Shown here in pieces: positions 19,794-30,017 of a DNA stretch of 64,000 nt; position 1 is the first letter of the stretch, and every line of letters begins with the position of its first letter. The position numbers and the translations under genes were made by a program. The DNA is from Candidatus Levyibacteriota bacterium (GTDB lineage: Bacteria; Patescibacteriota; Microgenomatia; Levybacterales; UBA12049), in assembly GCA_016182235.1 (NCBI GenBank), contig JACOXT010000003.1, positions 258,209 through 322,208 of the forward strand, written 5' to 3'. Below the pieces are notes generated by a model that ran no database searches, was not told where the DNA came from, and worked only from the letters and a program-made list of their open reading frames with translations.

Positions 19794-21041
19794 ATGAATA
19801 TTGTTGTTGTTACAGCCACTTATAACGAGAAAGGTAATATAGAGCGGCTTATCGATATTATTGAGACAGAGGTATTCCCAAAAATAAAAAGTCATAAGAT
19901 GCGTCTTCTTGTTGCGGATGACAACTCTCCTGACGGGACGGGAGAAGCAGTAAGAAGACTTATGAAAAAATGGAAAAATCTTAGCATAAACTCTGGAGAG
20001 AAAAAAGGACTAGGTGCTGCTTATCTTCGAGCAATAACTTCTGCGATTGAAGAATTTGACGCAGATGTGATTTTTGAAATAGATGCTGATTTGTCTCATG
20101 ATCCAAAAGAGATCCCGAACTTTCTTAAGAAAATGGAAGATGGATACGATATTGTTACAGGAACACGTTATAGTGAAGGAGGATCAATGCCTGAAAATTG
20201 GCCACTTCACAGAAAAGCATTTTCAGTGATCGGAAATTTATTGGTAAAAATCATTACAGGAAGGTTTTATATCTATGATTGGACGGGAGGATTTAGAGCG
20301 ATTAAAAGGGAAGTCTTTCTTAAAGAAAAAGATAAGCTGATTTCATTTCAGGGATATACATTTCAAGTTGCTTTTCTTTATAAAGCGTTATTAGACGGAT
20401 ATAAGATTGGACATGTCCCCATTCATTTCAAAGACAGAACATTGGGACGATCTAAAATCGCTCCCCTTGAATACATAGTAAATCTTTTAAAGTATGTAAT
20501 TTGGGAGAGAATTTACGAACTTCGACGGTTTATTAAATTTTTGATAGTTGGATCGACAGGATTTATTACCCAGATAGCGACACAAGAAGTAGCTGTTCGA
20601 AGCGGCCTCGCGTATGCGATCTCCTTGATAATAGGCTCAAGTCCGTCATCTCCTATATTAGAAAGAGATATATTGGCGCTCCGAGATGGAATCGGAGGGG
20701 GATTTGGGGCGGAAGCGGCGATTATTTCCAACTTTATGTTCAATAATTTTTGGACATTTAACGATGCAAGAAAACTAAAAGTAAAATCGCCATTTTTTTT
20801 GAGACTTATTAAATTCAATCTGACATCTGTCGCGTCTATATTTATTCAATCTTTTTCAATTTGGTTTTTTGTCCAACTTTTGGGCGTTAATCTTAACATT
20901 GGGGGTTTTACTATTCCGACCCGGCTTGTTGTTGTAGTCCCAACGATTATTTTGTTTGTTATACCGTTAAATTATTTCATTTATAATAAGATAATCTGGA
21001 AAACTCAGTATCTTAGAAATGTAAATGATGCAAAGGTATAG
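19794..21041 (+). CDS. polyprenol-phosphate mannose synthase-like GT2 fused to a GtrA flippase-like domain
   Basis: DDNSPDGT and DADLSHDP motifs; C-terminal FIKFLIVG...NNFWTF. Confidence 0.88.
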   Translation: MNIVVVTATYNEKGNIERLIDIIETEVFPKIKSHKMRLLVADDNSPDGTGEAVRRLMKKWKNLSINSGEKKGLGAAYLRAITSAIEEFDADVIFEIDADLSHDPKEIPNFLKKMEDGYDIVTGTRYSEGGSMPENWPLHRKAFSVIGNLLVKIITGRFYIYDWTGGFRAIKREVFLKEKDKLISFQGYTFQVAFLYKALLDGYKIGHVPIHFKDRTLGRSKIAPLEYIVNLLKYVIWERIYELRRFIKFLIVGSTGFITQIATQEVAVRSGLAYAISLIIGSSPSSPILERDILALRDGIGGGFGAEAAIISNFMFNNFWTFNDARKLKVKSPFFLRLIKFNLTSVASIFIQSFSIWFFVQLLGVNLNIGGFTIPTRLVVVVPTIILFVIPLNYFIYNKIIWKTQYLRNVNDAKV

Positions 21042-22554
21042 GACGCTTATTATTCTTTTGATTCTTCTTTTCATATCTTCCTTTCTTAGGCTTTATAAGA
21101 TAGAGGATTATATGACTTTCTTGGGGGACGAGGGAAGAGATGTTTTGGTTGTTTATAATATTTTGCATGGCGACTTAACTCTTCTTGGTCCGACTGCCTC
21201 CGTTGGAGGATTTTTCTTAGGACCTATTTATTACTATTTCATGGCTCCTTTTTTGTGGCTTTTTAATTATAGCCCTTTGGGGCCAGCCGTAATGGTTGCC
21301 CTTTTTGGAGTCGCGACTGTAATCTTAATATATAAAATTGGAAAAGAATTTTTTTCCACTTCTGTTGGGCTTATCGCGTCGCTTTTCTACGCGGTAGCTC
21401 CTTTAATTATTATCCATTCTAGATCCTCATGGAATCCAAATGTGGTTCCTTTTTTCTCGCTTCTAACTTTGTATACCATATATAAGGCTTTAAATAGAAA
21501 TACTCAGAGACTTTTTATTCTGGGGGGATTTCTGCTTGGGATTACTATGCAACTTCATTATCTTGCGCTTTTTTTGGGGATTATAATTTCTATATATGTT
21601 GTTTTAAGTCGGAGATCATTGTCAAAATCGCTTAAAGATCATATATCTATTTTTATAGGTTTTTTGGTCGGATGGTCTCCATTTTTGGCTTTTGAAGTTC
21701 GCCACGGATTCCCAAACATTATAAGTTTATTTAATTTTGTTTTTCACTCCGGATACACAGGAGGCAATAGTGATTTTTTCAAAATCATCACCGACGTTTC
21801 TTCCAGATTGTTTGGCAGATTAGTTACCAATTTTCCATCACCTGAAAAAATAGAGCTATACACAAAAATGGATATAACAGTGTGGTATTATTTTACGCTT
21901 TTTTTGGGGGTAGCAAGTGTTTTGCTCTTGATTATTAAATGGCACAAAGCCTACAAGGAACATTCATTGGATTTTAGTAAATATAATTTACTGTTAATCT
22001 GGTTAATTGTAGGGGTAGGGCTTTTTGGATTTTATAAAAAGCCTATTTATGATTATTATTTTGGATTCATGTTCCCTCTGCCGTTTTTTATTGTTGGGAT
22101 TTTTCTTGCAAATCTATGGAAGAGTCGGTTTGGGAAAATCTTTAGCCTGTTAATCTTATTATTTATCTTATGGCTTAACTATTTAGGAGTTCCTTATAAA
22201 GCCTCCGCAAATAGACAGCTTCTTCAGACAGAGACTATCTCAAAATTCGTTCTTAGTAAGACGGATAACAAACCTTTTAATTTCGCACTCATAACCGGGG
22301 GAAATTCCGATCATGCATATAGGTATTTTTTTAAGATTTGGGATAGGGATCCAAAGACTATATTAAATCCCGAGAGAGATCCTAAGCGAAAAACAGTTAC
22401 AGACCAGCTATTAATTGTTTGCGAGGTCAGACCTTGTTACCCGCTCGGAAACTCTCTTTGGGAGGTAGCAGGATTTGGAAGAGGGGAAATTGTTGGAGAA
22501 TGGGATGTCTCTGTGGTGAAAGTTTACAAACTTGAGCACTACCAAGAGCCATAA
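21025..22554 (+). CDS. ArnT/PMT-family glycosyltransferase
   Basis: FLGDEGRD, LGPIYYY and WNPN motifs, multiple TM segments. Confidence 0.85.
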   Translation: MMQRYRTLIILLILLFISSFLRLYKIEDYMTFLGDEGRDVLVVYNILHGDLTLLGPTASVGGFFLGPIYYYFMAPFLWLFNYSPLGPAVMVALFGVATVILIYKIGKEFFSTSVGLIASLFYAVAPLIIIHSRSSWNPNVVPFFSLLTLYTIYKALNRNTQRLFILGGFLLGITMQLHYLALFLGIIISIYVVLSRRSLSKSLKDHISIFIGFLVGWSPFLAFEVRHGFPNIISLFNFVFHSGYTGGNSDFFKIITDVSSRLFGRLVTNFPSPEKIELYTKMDITVWYYFTLFLGVASVLLLIIKWHKAYKEHSLDFSKYNLLLIWLIVGVGLFGFYKKPIYDYYFGFMFPLPFFIVGIFLANLWKSRFGKIFSLLILLFILWLNYLGVPYKASANRQLLQTETISKFVLSKTDNKPFNFALITGGNSDHAYRYFFKIWDRDPKTILNPERDPKRKTVTDQLLIVCEVRPCYPLGNSLWEVAGFGRGEIVGEWDVSVVKVYKLEHYQEP

Positions 22555-22658
22555 AGTCCCCAGGTGCAATCATAATCCACTCGAGGGTGTAGTCGATAAT
22601 ATTAAGACTATATCTACGCACCTCAAACTATAAGCTATTGTGATATAATACGTAGCCT

Positions 22659-23915
22659 ATGACACAAGAAAGGATGTCTCAGGGTGACACTCAGGAAACA
22701 TTGCGACCAAGGCCATTAACTCATGGTGAGTTTTATCTAGCCATGGTAGAAAGACCTGATCCGAATGGAGTAGGTCTTAGACCTGAATGGAGAAGTTTTT
22801 TTGTAGGACAAGAGAGAGCATATAAACAATTAACCAGTGCTTTAACCGAATCACCTGCTGGCACTGTGGTTGTACTTGCAGAACATTTAGGTACAGGCAA
22901 GGACACCCTAATAGACGTTGTGACTTATGACCTTATTTCTCAGGGGAAGACCAAGAAACAAGATATTCTATATGTCAATTCCAGATTTCATCTTGAAGAA
23001 AATCGAAGTTTTGAAAACATGGTTTTTGAAAGTTTTATGCCATGGCCTAAACCACCAGAAAACTGGCGTGAGTTAAAGCCAAAAATTCTCCTCTTAAAAG
23101 AGTTAGATTATATTTGGGGTTATAGCAAAGAACAGACTAAAGAAGATTTAAGAAGAAAAATAGCAGTTGCTGGCAAGTATTTAGGAAAAGAAGTTGAGAT
23201 ATTAATGTTGGTTGGAGATAAGAATTTATTGGATAGAGAAATAATTGATGTAGCAGGATCTCCATTTGAACCAATTTATATCCCACTTGATCCTCTTACT
23301 CCTGATGTGTTGAAGGAAACTTTACGTCAGCGTTTTGCATATGTGCTAGAACGCTCACCAGAAGAAATAGACGTTGATCCAATGATTGACCCAGACTTTT
23401 TAGCTACTCTTATTCCAAATACTGAATATCCTATTGCTAATATGAGGGGCACATTGGTAATATTTCAAGAGATTGGAAGAAATATAAAACCTACAGAGGA
23501 GTTGGTGCGAATCTCAGTAGAGTTGGTTAAAAAAAACTATGCAGAGGAATTTTATGATATATATTCGCGAGCTGACAAAGAGACACAAGAGCTTTTGCTT
23601 TGGTTAGTAAAACATATCAATGATCATGACAATGGTAAAACCATGATGAGGGCAATGTCTCCTGAAGAAATAATGGAAGCATGCCCCTTGGACTTTGATT
23701 CAAACGAAATAAAAGAAGAAATAATCCACCAACTTATTGAAAGTGTAGGTTTATTAGAAGTGGATCCAATTAAAGGTTTATATCTTCCAAGACAAAAGTT
23801 CTTTTTGATGGCAGCTTCTGTACCTACGCTATCCAAGTCACAAATGGACGCTTTAATATGGAAGAGAAATCAGGCTAAAAGAGAAGAGCAAGAAAGGATA
23901 AGGCGCGATGAATAG
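22659..23915 (+). CDS. hypothetical protein with degenerate P-loop/AAA+-like domain
   Basis: FVGQE..., VVVLAEHLGTGKDT (Walker A-like), ILLLKELD (Walker B-like). Confidence 0.55.
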   Translation: MTQERMSQGDTQETLRPRPLTHGEFYLAMVERPDPNGVGLRPEWRSFFVGQERAYKQLTSALTESPAGTVVVLAEHLGTGKDTLIDVVTYDLISQGKTKKQDILYVNSRFHLEENRSFENMVFESFMPWPKPPENWRELKPKILLLKELDYIWGYSKEQTKEDLRRKIAVAGKYLGKEVEILMLVGDKNLLDREIIDVAGSPFEPIYIPLDPLTPDVLKETLRQRFAYVLERSPEEIDVDPMIDPDFLATLIPNTEYPIANMRGTLVIFQEIGRNIKPTEELVRISVELVKKNYAEEFYDIYSRADKETQELLLWLVKHINDHDNGKTMMRAMSPEEIMEACPLDFDSNEIKEEIIHQLIESVGLLEVDPIKGLYLPRQKFFLMAASVPTLSKSQMDALIWKRNQAKREEQERIRRDE

Positions 23916-25188
23916 AGAAGGTGAAGGATCATTGGCACAATCTCAAGAATCAAACCTCTATCTTCCAGCCAGATTCTTAGAGGGAAGAGGAATGGAGAGG
24001 GGAGCTCTTCCGTTAATGCTTGCGCAAATTGTAAAAGAACTAGATACGTTGCCATTAGTGCGTTCACCAGATGATCTTCCTGAAGAAATAAGGTATTTAC
24101 GAAATTCTAAAGATGGAATTCTTATCATGGTGAGCAGGAGAAGGCCAACATCTATTGGATTTAGCGGGATAACTGAAAGAGAACATATCTATGGTTATTT
24201 TGCTGAAGCTTATGAAGAAGTGAAAGGAATCCCGCAGCATAAGATAAATAATCCCTCTAGAGTTTGGAGTGGAGCATATGAAAGAGTAGACATAAGTGAT
24301 AAAGGAGATTATCGTGATGCTGGCCTTACACCAACAAACTTTATTGAGACTAGAAGACGTTCACTTGGATTATCTATAGAAAGCGATTTAGCTTTATCAG
24401 GAGGAGCAAGGCAATTTCAATTAACAGAAGGTGAGGAAACTGAAGTAATTGAGCAACACAGCATAAGCGAAACAGGAGCTTTAGTAGTCCCGGAAAAACA
24501 AGTCATAGCTAAGCTTTTTGGAGTAGCGAATGAGCAGGCAGAGAAGATGAAGCACATGGGACGAGAGATAAAAGATTTAATTAGAGGACATTTTGCTCCA
24601 ACCAATCAGGGTATATCAACTGAAGTTGGTTTAAATCACCTCGTAGTGACAAGTGGTGAAGAGAAATCTTCGTCGTTCATAGATTTATCTAACAAGTTAG
24701 GGCTTGTACCGCATACAATTCCATTTTGGAAAATGGCAAGTGATTTAGGTCCCTATATCAGGAACATTATAAGAAGAGGTGGAAAGGCTTCTGAAGCATT
24801 TCCTTTAGATAAGATTGAGAACATTGAATTCTATAATTCTGATTCAATTAGATTATTCAGAGAGCAGCATGGTACATATCCATTAGTAGTTACTTTTGAT
24901 ATGAGATCACTGGGTAGAACTGTACACAAAAGAGACATGTCAGATGCAAGGAATCATCTTCTTGGTAATATTAGTGAGGAAGGTATAAAACATCCATTAT
25001 TTGCTATAATTGAAATCAGTGATAATTCAGAAGACATGCCGACTGTTGTGATACGTCAAGGGGCTGGAAGATATTTACTAAAAAGTGAAAATATTGAAGA
25101 TATGCAAGGATTACTTGTAAAAATTGGAGTAGATTACGCACTGACTAAACAAGTTCGTGGATTAAGTGCTTTGGTTTCAGCCCTATGA
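23908..25188 (+). CDS. hypothetical protein, C-terminus resembles a receiver domain
   Basis: PLVVTFDMRS...IRQGAGRYLLKSENIEDM resembles REC beta3 and alpha4-beta5-alpha5 segments. Confidence 0.5.
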   Translation: MNREGEGSLAQSQESNLYLPARFLEGRGMERGALPLMLAQIVKELDTLPLVRSPDDLPEEIRYLRNSKDGILIMVSRRRPTSIGFSGITEREHIYGYFAEAYEEVKGIPQHKINNPSRVWSGAYERVDISDKGDYRDAGLTPTNFIETRRRSLGLSIESDLALSGGARQFQLTEGEETEVIEQHSISETGALVVPEKQVIAKLFGVANEQAEKMKHMGREIKDLIRGHFAPTNQGISTEVGLNHLVVTSGEEKSSSFIDLSNKLGLVPHTIPFWKMASDLGPYIRNIIRRGGKASEAFPLDKIENIEFYNSDSIRLFREQHGTYPLVVTFDMRSLGRTVHKRDMSDARNHLLGNISEEGIKHPLFAIIEISDNSEDMPTVVIRQGAGRYLLKSENIEDMQGLLVKIGVDYALTKQVRGLSALVSAL

Positions 25189-25217
25189 GATATTATTAAG
25201 GATTAATTAATTTTATT

Positions 25218-25961
25218 ATGACTGATATGACTTTGGAAAATAGAACAAATACAGAAAAATTATTATTTAACCCAGAAGATTATACGTTAAAAGAAATTCT
25301 AAGTCCCAAACATTCAGCTCTACTCGTAGTTGATGTTCAGAATGATTTCTGTGACCCGAAAGGAAAGTTTGCTGGTTGGGGAAGAGATATAAGTCAGATG
25401 CAGGAGATAGTTCCCCATATACAACATTTAATCGATACCGCACATAAAGCTCAAGTTCCAGTTATTTTTACAAGAGGATTCGAAGATGTTAAGTTTCGTA
25501 GCGGCCCTGATTTGAGACGCGCTGTTAGGTGGGAAGAAAAAGATGGCGATGGGAGTGTAAATTCTGAGTCGGGGACTTTTGGATCAGAATTTTATAAGGT
25601 TAAGCCGGAAGAAGGAGATATAGTTGTTGAAAAACATAAATGGTCAGCGTTTGCTGGGAAAGATAGAGATGGAAAAACTCTCCAAGAAATACTTGAAGAA
25701 CTTGGCGTAAAAACTTTGGTAGTAACGGGAGTTGTGGCAGAGACTTGCGTTGAAACAACAGTTAGAGATGCTTATGATAAAAATTATTTTGTAGTTATTC
25801 CAAGAAACAGTGTGGGTTCTAATGACCAAGAACAATTAGAAACAAGGATGAAATATTGGGAAAAAGGTTTTATAGGAGATGCCGTGACAGAAGAAGTTAT
25901 TAGACAAAACTGGCTTGCCAAAGTCCAATCTCCTCAACTTAGCCAAGTTTCAGAACAATAA
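25218..25961 (+). CDS. isochorismatase-family cysteine hydrolase
   Basis: VVDVQNDF, EKHKWSAF and ETCVETT (D-K-C triad). Confidence 0.92.
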   Translation: MTDMTLENRTNTEKLLFNPEDYTLKEILSPKHSALLVVDVQNDFCDPKGKFAGWGRDISQMQEIVPHIQHLIDTAHKAQVPVIFTRGFEDVKFRSGPDLRRAVRWEEKDGDGSVNSESGTFGSEFYKVKPEEGDIVVEKHKWSAFAGKDRDGKTLQEILEELGVKTLVVTGVVAETCVETTVRDAYDKNYFVVIPRNSVGSNDQEQLETRMKYWEKGFIGDAVTEEVIRQNWLAKVQSPQLSQVSEQ

Positions 25962-25962
25962 G

Positions 25963-25992
25963 AAAAACCCCTACCGCATGGCAGGGGTTTTT
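25963..25992 (-). terminator. intrinsic terminator, probably bidirectional
   Basis: Minus strand AAAAACCCCTGCC-ATGC-GGTAGGGGTTTTT between convergent genes. Confidence 0.8.
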
Positions 25993-26034
25993 GACTTTAA
26001 AGATTTATCCTTCGAAGGATATTCCTTCCAAATC

Positions 26035-26178
26035 TTAGGACTTACCGATCTTGTACATTCCTGTCCCGCAGACTGGACACTTTCCCTTCATTGCTGGCTT
26101 GCCATTTTTCATGGTTACTGCCTGAGCATTTGGGTCATCTCTTTTTGCTCTGCATTTTACACAATACATCGATGCCAT
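26035..26178 (-). CDS. small zinc-ribbon protein (DUF5679-like), absent from the ORF track
   Basis: MASMYCVKCRAKRDDPNAQAVTMKNGKPAMKGKCPVCGTGMYKIGKS; strong GGGAGGTG SD upstream; terminator downstream. Confidence 0.88.
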   Translation of the reverse strand: MASMYCVKCRAKRDDPNAQAVTMKNGKPAMKGKCPVCGTGMYKIGKS

Positions 26179-26205
26179 ATTTCTGTCTTCACCTCCCTTC
26201 AGTTT

Positions 26206-26475
26206 TCAATAAGTTATATTAGGAAATACAATTATTCGATTTTTCAAAAGAAAGAAGAGAACAATCTGCACACCAATAATAGAAAGAGTTAGAATTCCTG
26301 TTTTTAAAATATCTTGCCTGATATAGGAATACGGTGAAACCGTAATCGCAGTTTGTGATTTTGCTGCCGAAGGTAGATGGATAGAGGGTTGGTCCTTGTT
26401 CTCCAAAGAATAAACAAAATGCTCTCGTCTTATGTCGGCTAATTTTTTTTGTTCTAAAGTTTTGTGTTTAGCCAT
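26206..26475 (-). CDS. small membrane-anchored hypothetical protein
   Basis: Basic N-terminus, YSYIRQDILKT and a C-terminal TM. Confidence 0.75.
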   Translation of the reverse strand: MAKHKTLEQKKLADIRREHFVYSLENKDQPSIHLPSAAKSQTAITVSPYSYIRQDILKTGILTLSIIGVQIVLFFLLKNRIIVFPNITY

Positions 26476-26538
26476 GCAATAGCAAAAGACTACACTATTG
26501 ACTAGGCTAATGTCAATAGGCTAAGATATGTCTATCCT

Positions 26539-27000
26539 ATGGCACCTGATTTTCTCTTTTTAATTCTCGGTGTTATTATTTTATGGCTGGGAGCGCTTTC
26601 TATATTCCTTTGGAGCACAATCTCTCATTACAATAAATTGTCAAAAGGATTAACAGATAAGAGTCTTAAATCCGTGCTTGAGAATCTTTTAAAGAACCTG
26701 ACTAAAAATAAAGAGGATATTGATTATTTAAAATCCTATTGTGATAGAATACATAAAGAGGGATTTTTTCATATCCAAAAAATAGGTCTTATTCGCTTTA
26801 ATCCCTTCAAAGATACAGGAGGCAATCAGAGTTTTATATTGTCAATGGTAGATGGTAATAATACCGGGGTAATAATTTCCGGTCTTTATGCACGTTCCGG
26901 TACCAGATGGTATGCAAAAAAAGTTGTAAAAGGAAAATCCTTAGAACATGAGTTATCAGATGAAGAGAAAATGGCACTTCGTGAAGCAAAGTCTTTATAG
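26539..27000 (+). CDS. DUF4446 family protein
   Basis: RFNPFKDTGGNQSF, YAK and LSDEE motifs. Confidence 0.85.
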   Translation: MAPDFLFLILGVIILWLGALSIFLWSTISHYNKLSKGLTDKSLKSVLENLLKNLTKNKEDIDYLKSYCDRIHKEGFFHIQKIGLIRFNPFKDTGGNQSFILSMVDGNNTGVIISGLYARSGTRWYAKKVVKGKSLEHELSDEEKMALREAKSL

Positions 27001-27003
27001 TTT

Positions 27004-28158
27004 ATGAGTAAAAATACAATTTTAAGCGTTGCATTAATAATTATAACATACATAGTATCTGCAGAAATATCATATGCCATATTTTCCCAAAGTGCTAAAA
27101 CCTCCGAACCCTTGGAGCCGCCAGTAGCATCAGATGGATTATCATTTGATGACAGTCTTCCTAAAACAGAACCATGTCCTTTGAATGGACAGAAATATTC
27201 TAAACAACAAAGACAATGGTGGGAGAAACATCGGCCACTTGGAGTAATGATAGAAAACCATGAAGAATCAAGACCTCAAGCGGGATTATCATCTGCAGAT
27301 TTTATATATGAAGCAGTAGCTGAAGGCGCAATAACGAGATTTCTAGCAGTATTTTATTGTAATGATGCTGAGTTAGTTGGGCCTGTGCGAAGCGCTAGAA
27401 CTTATTTTCTTGACTGGATTTCAGAATACGGCGACTATCCTTTATATGCGCACGTTGGCGGAGCAAATACGCCAGGACCCGCAAATGCCTTAGGACAGAT
27501 AGCAGATTATGAATGGAACATGTATAATGATCTCTCTCAATTTAATCTCAGCTACCCAACTTTTAAAAGAATAGAGAGTCCCAATGGCAGACAGGTAGCA
27601 ACCGAACATACGATGTTTTCGACAACTGAAGAATTATGGAGAGTTGCGGATAAACGTAAATTAACCAACGTTAATGAAGACAAAGAGTCGTGGGATGAAG
27701 ATTTCGTAGAATATAAATTCAAAGATGATGCTAAGGAAGCAGATAGACCTCTTAGTCAACTGATTCACTTGGAATTCTGGGAAGATTACAATCAGTATGC
27801 AGTCGATTGGACTTACGACAAAACAAGTAATAGCTATAAAAGAGCTAACGGCGGCAAGCCGCATATTGACAAAAATACAGGTAAAGAAATCACGGCAAAA
27901 AATATTGTAGTTTTATCAATGATAGAGACACATGCTAACGATGGTTATGAAAATAATGTTCACTTATTATATAAAAATAAAGGAACCGGGAAAGCTCGTG
28001 TATTTATGGATGGAGAGGAGATTGTAGGTACGTGGACGAAAGACGATAGAACGTCACGAACACTGATTTTTGATAGCAATGGAGAACAAATAAAGTTTAA
28101 TAGAGGATTATTGTGGTTTGAAATTCTGCCTACAACTGGAGTAGTGAATGTTAGCTGA
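27004..28158 (+). CDS. DUF3048 (YerB-like) protein
   Basis: RPLGVMIEN, RPQAGLS, EGAITRF and GPVRSAR motifs. Confidence 0.88.
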   Translation: MSKNTILSVALIIITYIVSAEISYAIFSQSAKTSEPLEPPVASDGLSFDDSLPKTEPCPLNGQKYSKQQRQWWEKHRPLGVMIENHEESRPQAGLSSADFIYEAVAEGAITRFLAVFYCNDAELVGPVRSARTYFLDWISEYGDYPLYAHVGGANTPGPANALGQIADYEWNMYNDLSQFNLSYPTFKRIESPNGRQVATEHTMFSTTEELWRVADKRKLTNVNEDKESWDEDFVEYKFKDDAKEADRPLSQLIHLEFWEDYNQYAVDWTYDKTSNSYKRANGGKPHIDKNTGKEITAKNIVVLSMIETHANDGYENNVHLLYKNKGTGKARVFMDGEEIVGTWTKDDRTSRTLIFDSNGEQIKFNRGLLWFEILPTTGVVNVS

Positions 28159-28723
28159 TTTAATTACATCAAAATCTCGGGTAAAATTACTAAATGTTTT
28201 TCTAGAGCATCCCTCGGAAATTTATCACGTTAGGGGGCTTGTAAGAAGAACCGGAGATGAGATTAACGCAGTAAGAAGAGAGCTTTTGTATTTGGAAAAG
28301 AAGGGAATTTTACTTAGAGAGCCGCGCGCAAATAGAGTCTATTATTCTCTGTCCAAAACCTACCCATACTATTTTGATCTTCTAAGAATCGCTGCGAAAG
28401 TGGTAGGACTTGGAGAAGCGATTTTAAAGAATCGCGCTAAGATTGGTAAGATAAAATACGCCATGTTTTCTGGAAGATTCGCAAGACGCATGGAGAAAAA
28501 GCCAACAGATGTTGATCTTTTGATTGTGGGGACAATTGTTCTTCCTGAGCTTGCGGTTCTGATAAGAGACGAAGAAAAAAGACTAAATACAGAGATCAAC
28601 TATACTGTCATGACTGAGGAAGAATTTTCGTTCAGGAAGAAAAAAAGAGATCCTTTCATATTGTCTGTTCTTTTGGGGTCAAGGGTAATGTTAAGTGGCG
28701 ACGAAGAAAGCATGCTTGCATGA
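28148..28723 (+). CDS. winged-helix regulator fused to a nucleotidyltransferase-like domain
   Basis: SKSRVKLL...INAVRREL HTH; FSGRF...DVDLLIVG. Confidence 0.75.
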   Translation: MLADLITSKSRVKLLNVFLEHPSEIYHVRGLVRRTGDEINAVRRELLYLEKKGILLREPRANRVYYSLSKTYPYYFDLLRIAAKVVGLGEAILKNRAKIGKIKYAMFSGRFARRMEKKPTDVDLLIVGTIVLPELAVLIRDEEKRLNTEINYTVMTEEEFSFRKKKRDPFILSVLLGSRVMLSGDEESMLA

Positions 28724-30012
28724 AAAAGAATCCACGATTCCAACTCTTCTTTATTATAATTTTGGCTATCCTAGCTATTTTTGTTAATATCCCGGTTGAG
28801 GGAATTTTCCCTTTTATGAAAAATTTATCTTTCAAAAAAGGCTTGGATCTTGCGGGAGGAACTAGTCTTACGTATAGAGGAGACATGAAGGATGTGGAAG
28901 AAAACCAGAGAGAAAAAGCACTTGATGGAGCAAGGGTCGTGATTGAGCGGAGGATAAATCTTTTTGGGGTTTCAGAGCCGATTATCCAGACTGCGGTAAC
29001 AAATAATGATTACAGGATTATCGTAGAATTGCCAGGAGTTGATATTGATCAAGCAAAAAAAATAATTGGAACTACAGCAGAGCTTTCTTTTTGGGAACAG
29101 GGAGCAAGTATTAGTGCCAAAATAGCAACTCAATCCGCGTATCCTTTGGGGGTTCCAGAGGTCTTGGGAAATAATCCAAAAAAAACTAACTTAACTGGGA
29201 AAGACCTGAAGGAAACTAGCGTTACGTTTGATCCAAATACAGGCAAACCGCAAGTTCAATTAACTTTTACTGATAGCGGAGCAAAAAAATTTGCTGAGAT
29301 AACTGAGAGAAATGTAAATAAAATCGTAGCTATAGTTTTGGATAATGTGGTGATTGAGGCTCCTAGCGTTAACCAGCCAATACTGGGAGGCGATGCGGTT
29401 ATCTCAGGGAGCTTTGATTCTGAGTCCGCGAATGCTTTAAGTACAGCCCTTAATGCAGGTGCTTTGCCTCTGCCTCTTATTCCGCTACAGCAACATGCAG
29501 TTGACGCAACTTTGGGAAACACTTCTCTTTCCAAGAGTTTAATTGCCGGGATTTTGGGGATAGTAATAATAGTTGTTTTTATGGTATTTTTGTATGGAAG
29601 ACTTGGAATTGCCGCTAGCATTGCGCTTATCCTTTACGCTTTATTTGTTCTATCAATTTTTCGACTTAGTAGTCTTACCCCATATGGTATAACCCTTACT
29701 CTTTCTGGTATTGCGGGTTTTATTTTGTCCATTGGAATGGCAGTTGATGCAAATATCTTGATCTTTGAAAGAACAAAAGAGGAACTTCGTCTTGGGAGAA
29801 GTAAAGAAAATGCAATGAGCCTTGGTTTTTCAAGAGCATGGACGTCTATCAGAGATTCAAATATTGCAACTCTTATCACATGTTTTATCTTATATAGTTT
29901 TGGGAATGGGATGGTAAAGGGATTTGCTTTAGTTTTGGCAATTGGAGTTTTGGTGTCAATGTTTTCAGCAATTGTCGTAACAAGAACTTTGTTGAGAGTA
30001 ATTTATCGTTAA
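28720..30012 (+). CDS. secD: protein translocase subunit SecD
   Basis: GLDLAGG, RIIVELPG, AGALP and GMAVDANILIFER motifs. Confidence 0.96.
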   Translation: MKKNPRFQLFFIIILAILAIFVNIPVEGIFPFMKNLSFKKGLDLAGGTSLTYRGDMKDVEENQREKALDGARVVIERRINLFGVSEPIIQTAVTNNDYRIIVELPGVDIDQAKKIIGTTAELSFWEQGASISAKIATQSAYPLGVPEVLGNNPKKTNLTGKDLKETSVTFDPNTGKPQVQLTFTDSGAKKFAEITERNVNKIVAIVLDNVVIEAPSVNQPILGGDAVISGSFDSESANALSTALNAGALPLPLIPLQQHAVDATLGNTSLSKSLIAGILGIVIIVVFMVFLYGRLGIAASIALILYALFVLSIFRLSSLTPYGITLTLSGIAGFILSIGMAVDANILIFERTKEELRLGRSKENAMSLGFSRAWTSIRDSNIATLITCFILYSFGNGMVKGFALVLAIGVLVSMFSAIVVTRTLLRVIYR

Positions 30013-30017
30013 GGGTT

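Noticed and set aside
25915..26292. 125-aa plus-strand ORF
   Set aside because: Antisense shadow of the real zinc-ribbon gene; spans a terminator
26495..26519. Inverted repeat CTATTGAC-N9-GTCAATAG
   Set aside because: Explained by back-to-back TTGAC -35 boxes of divergent genes
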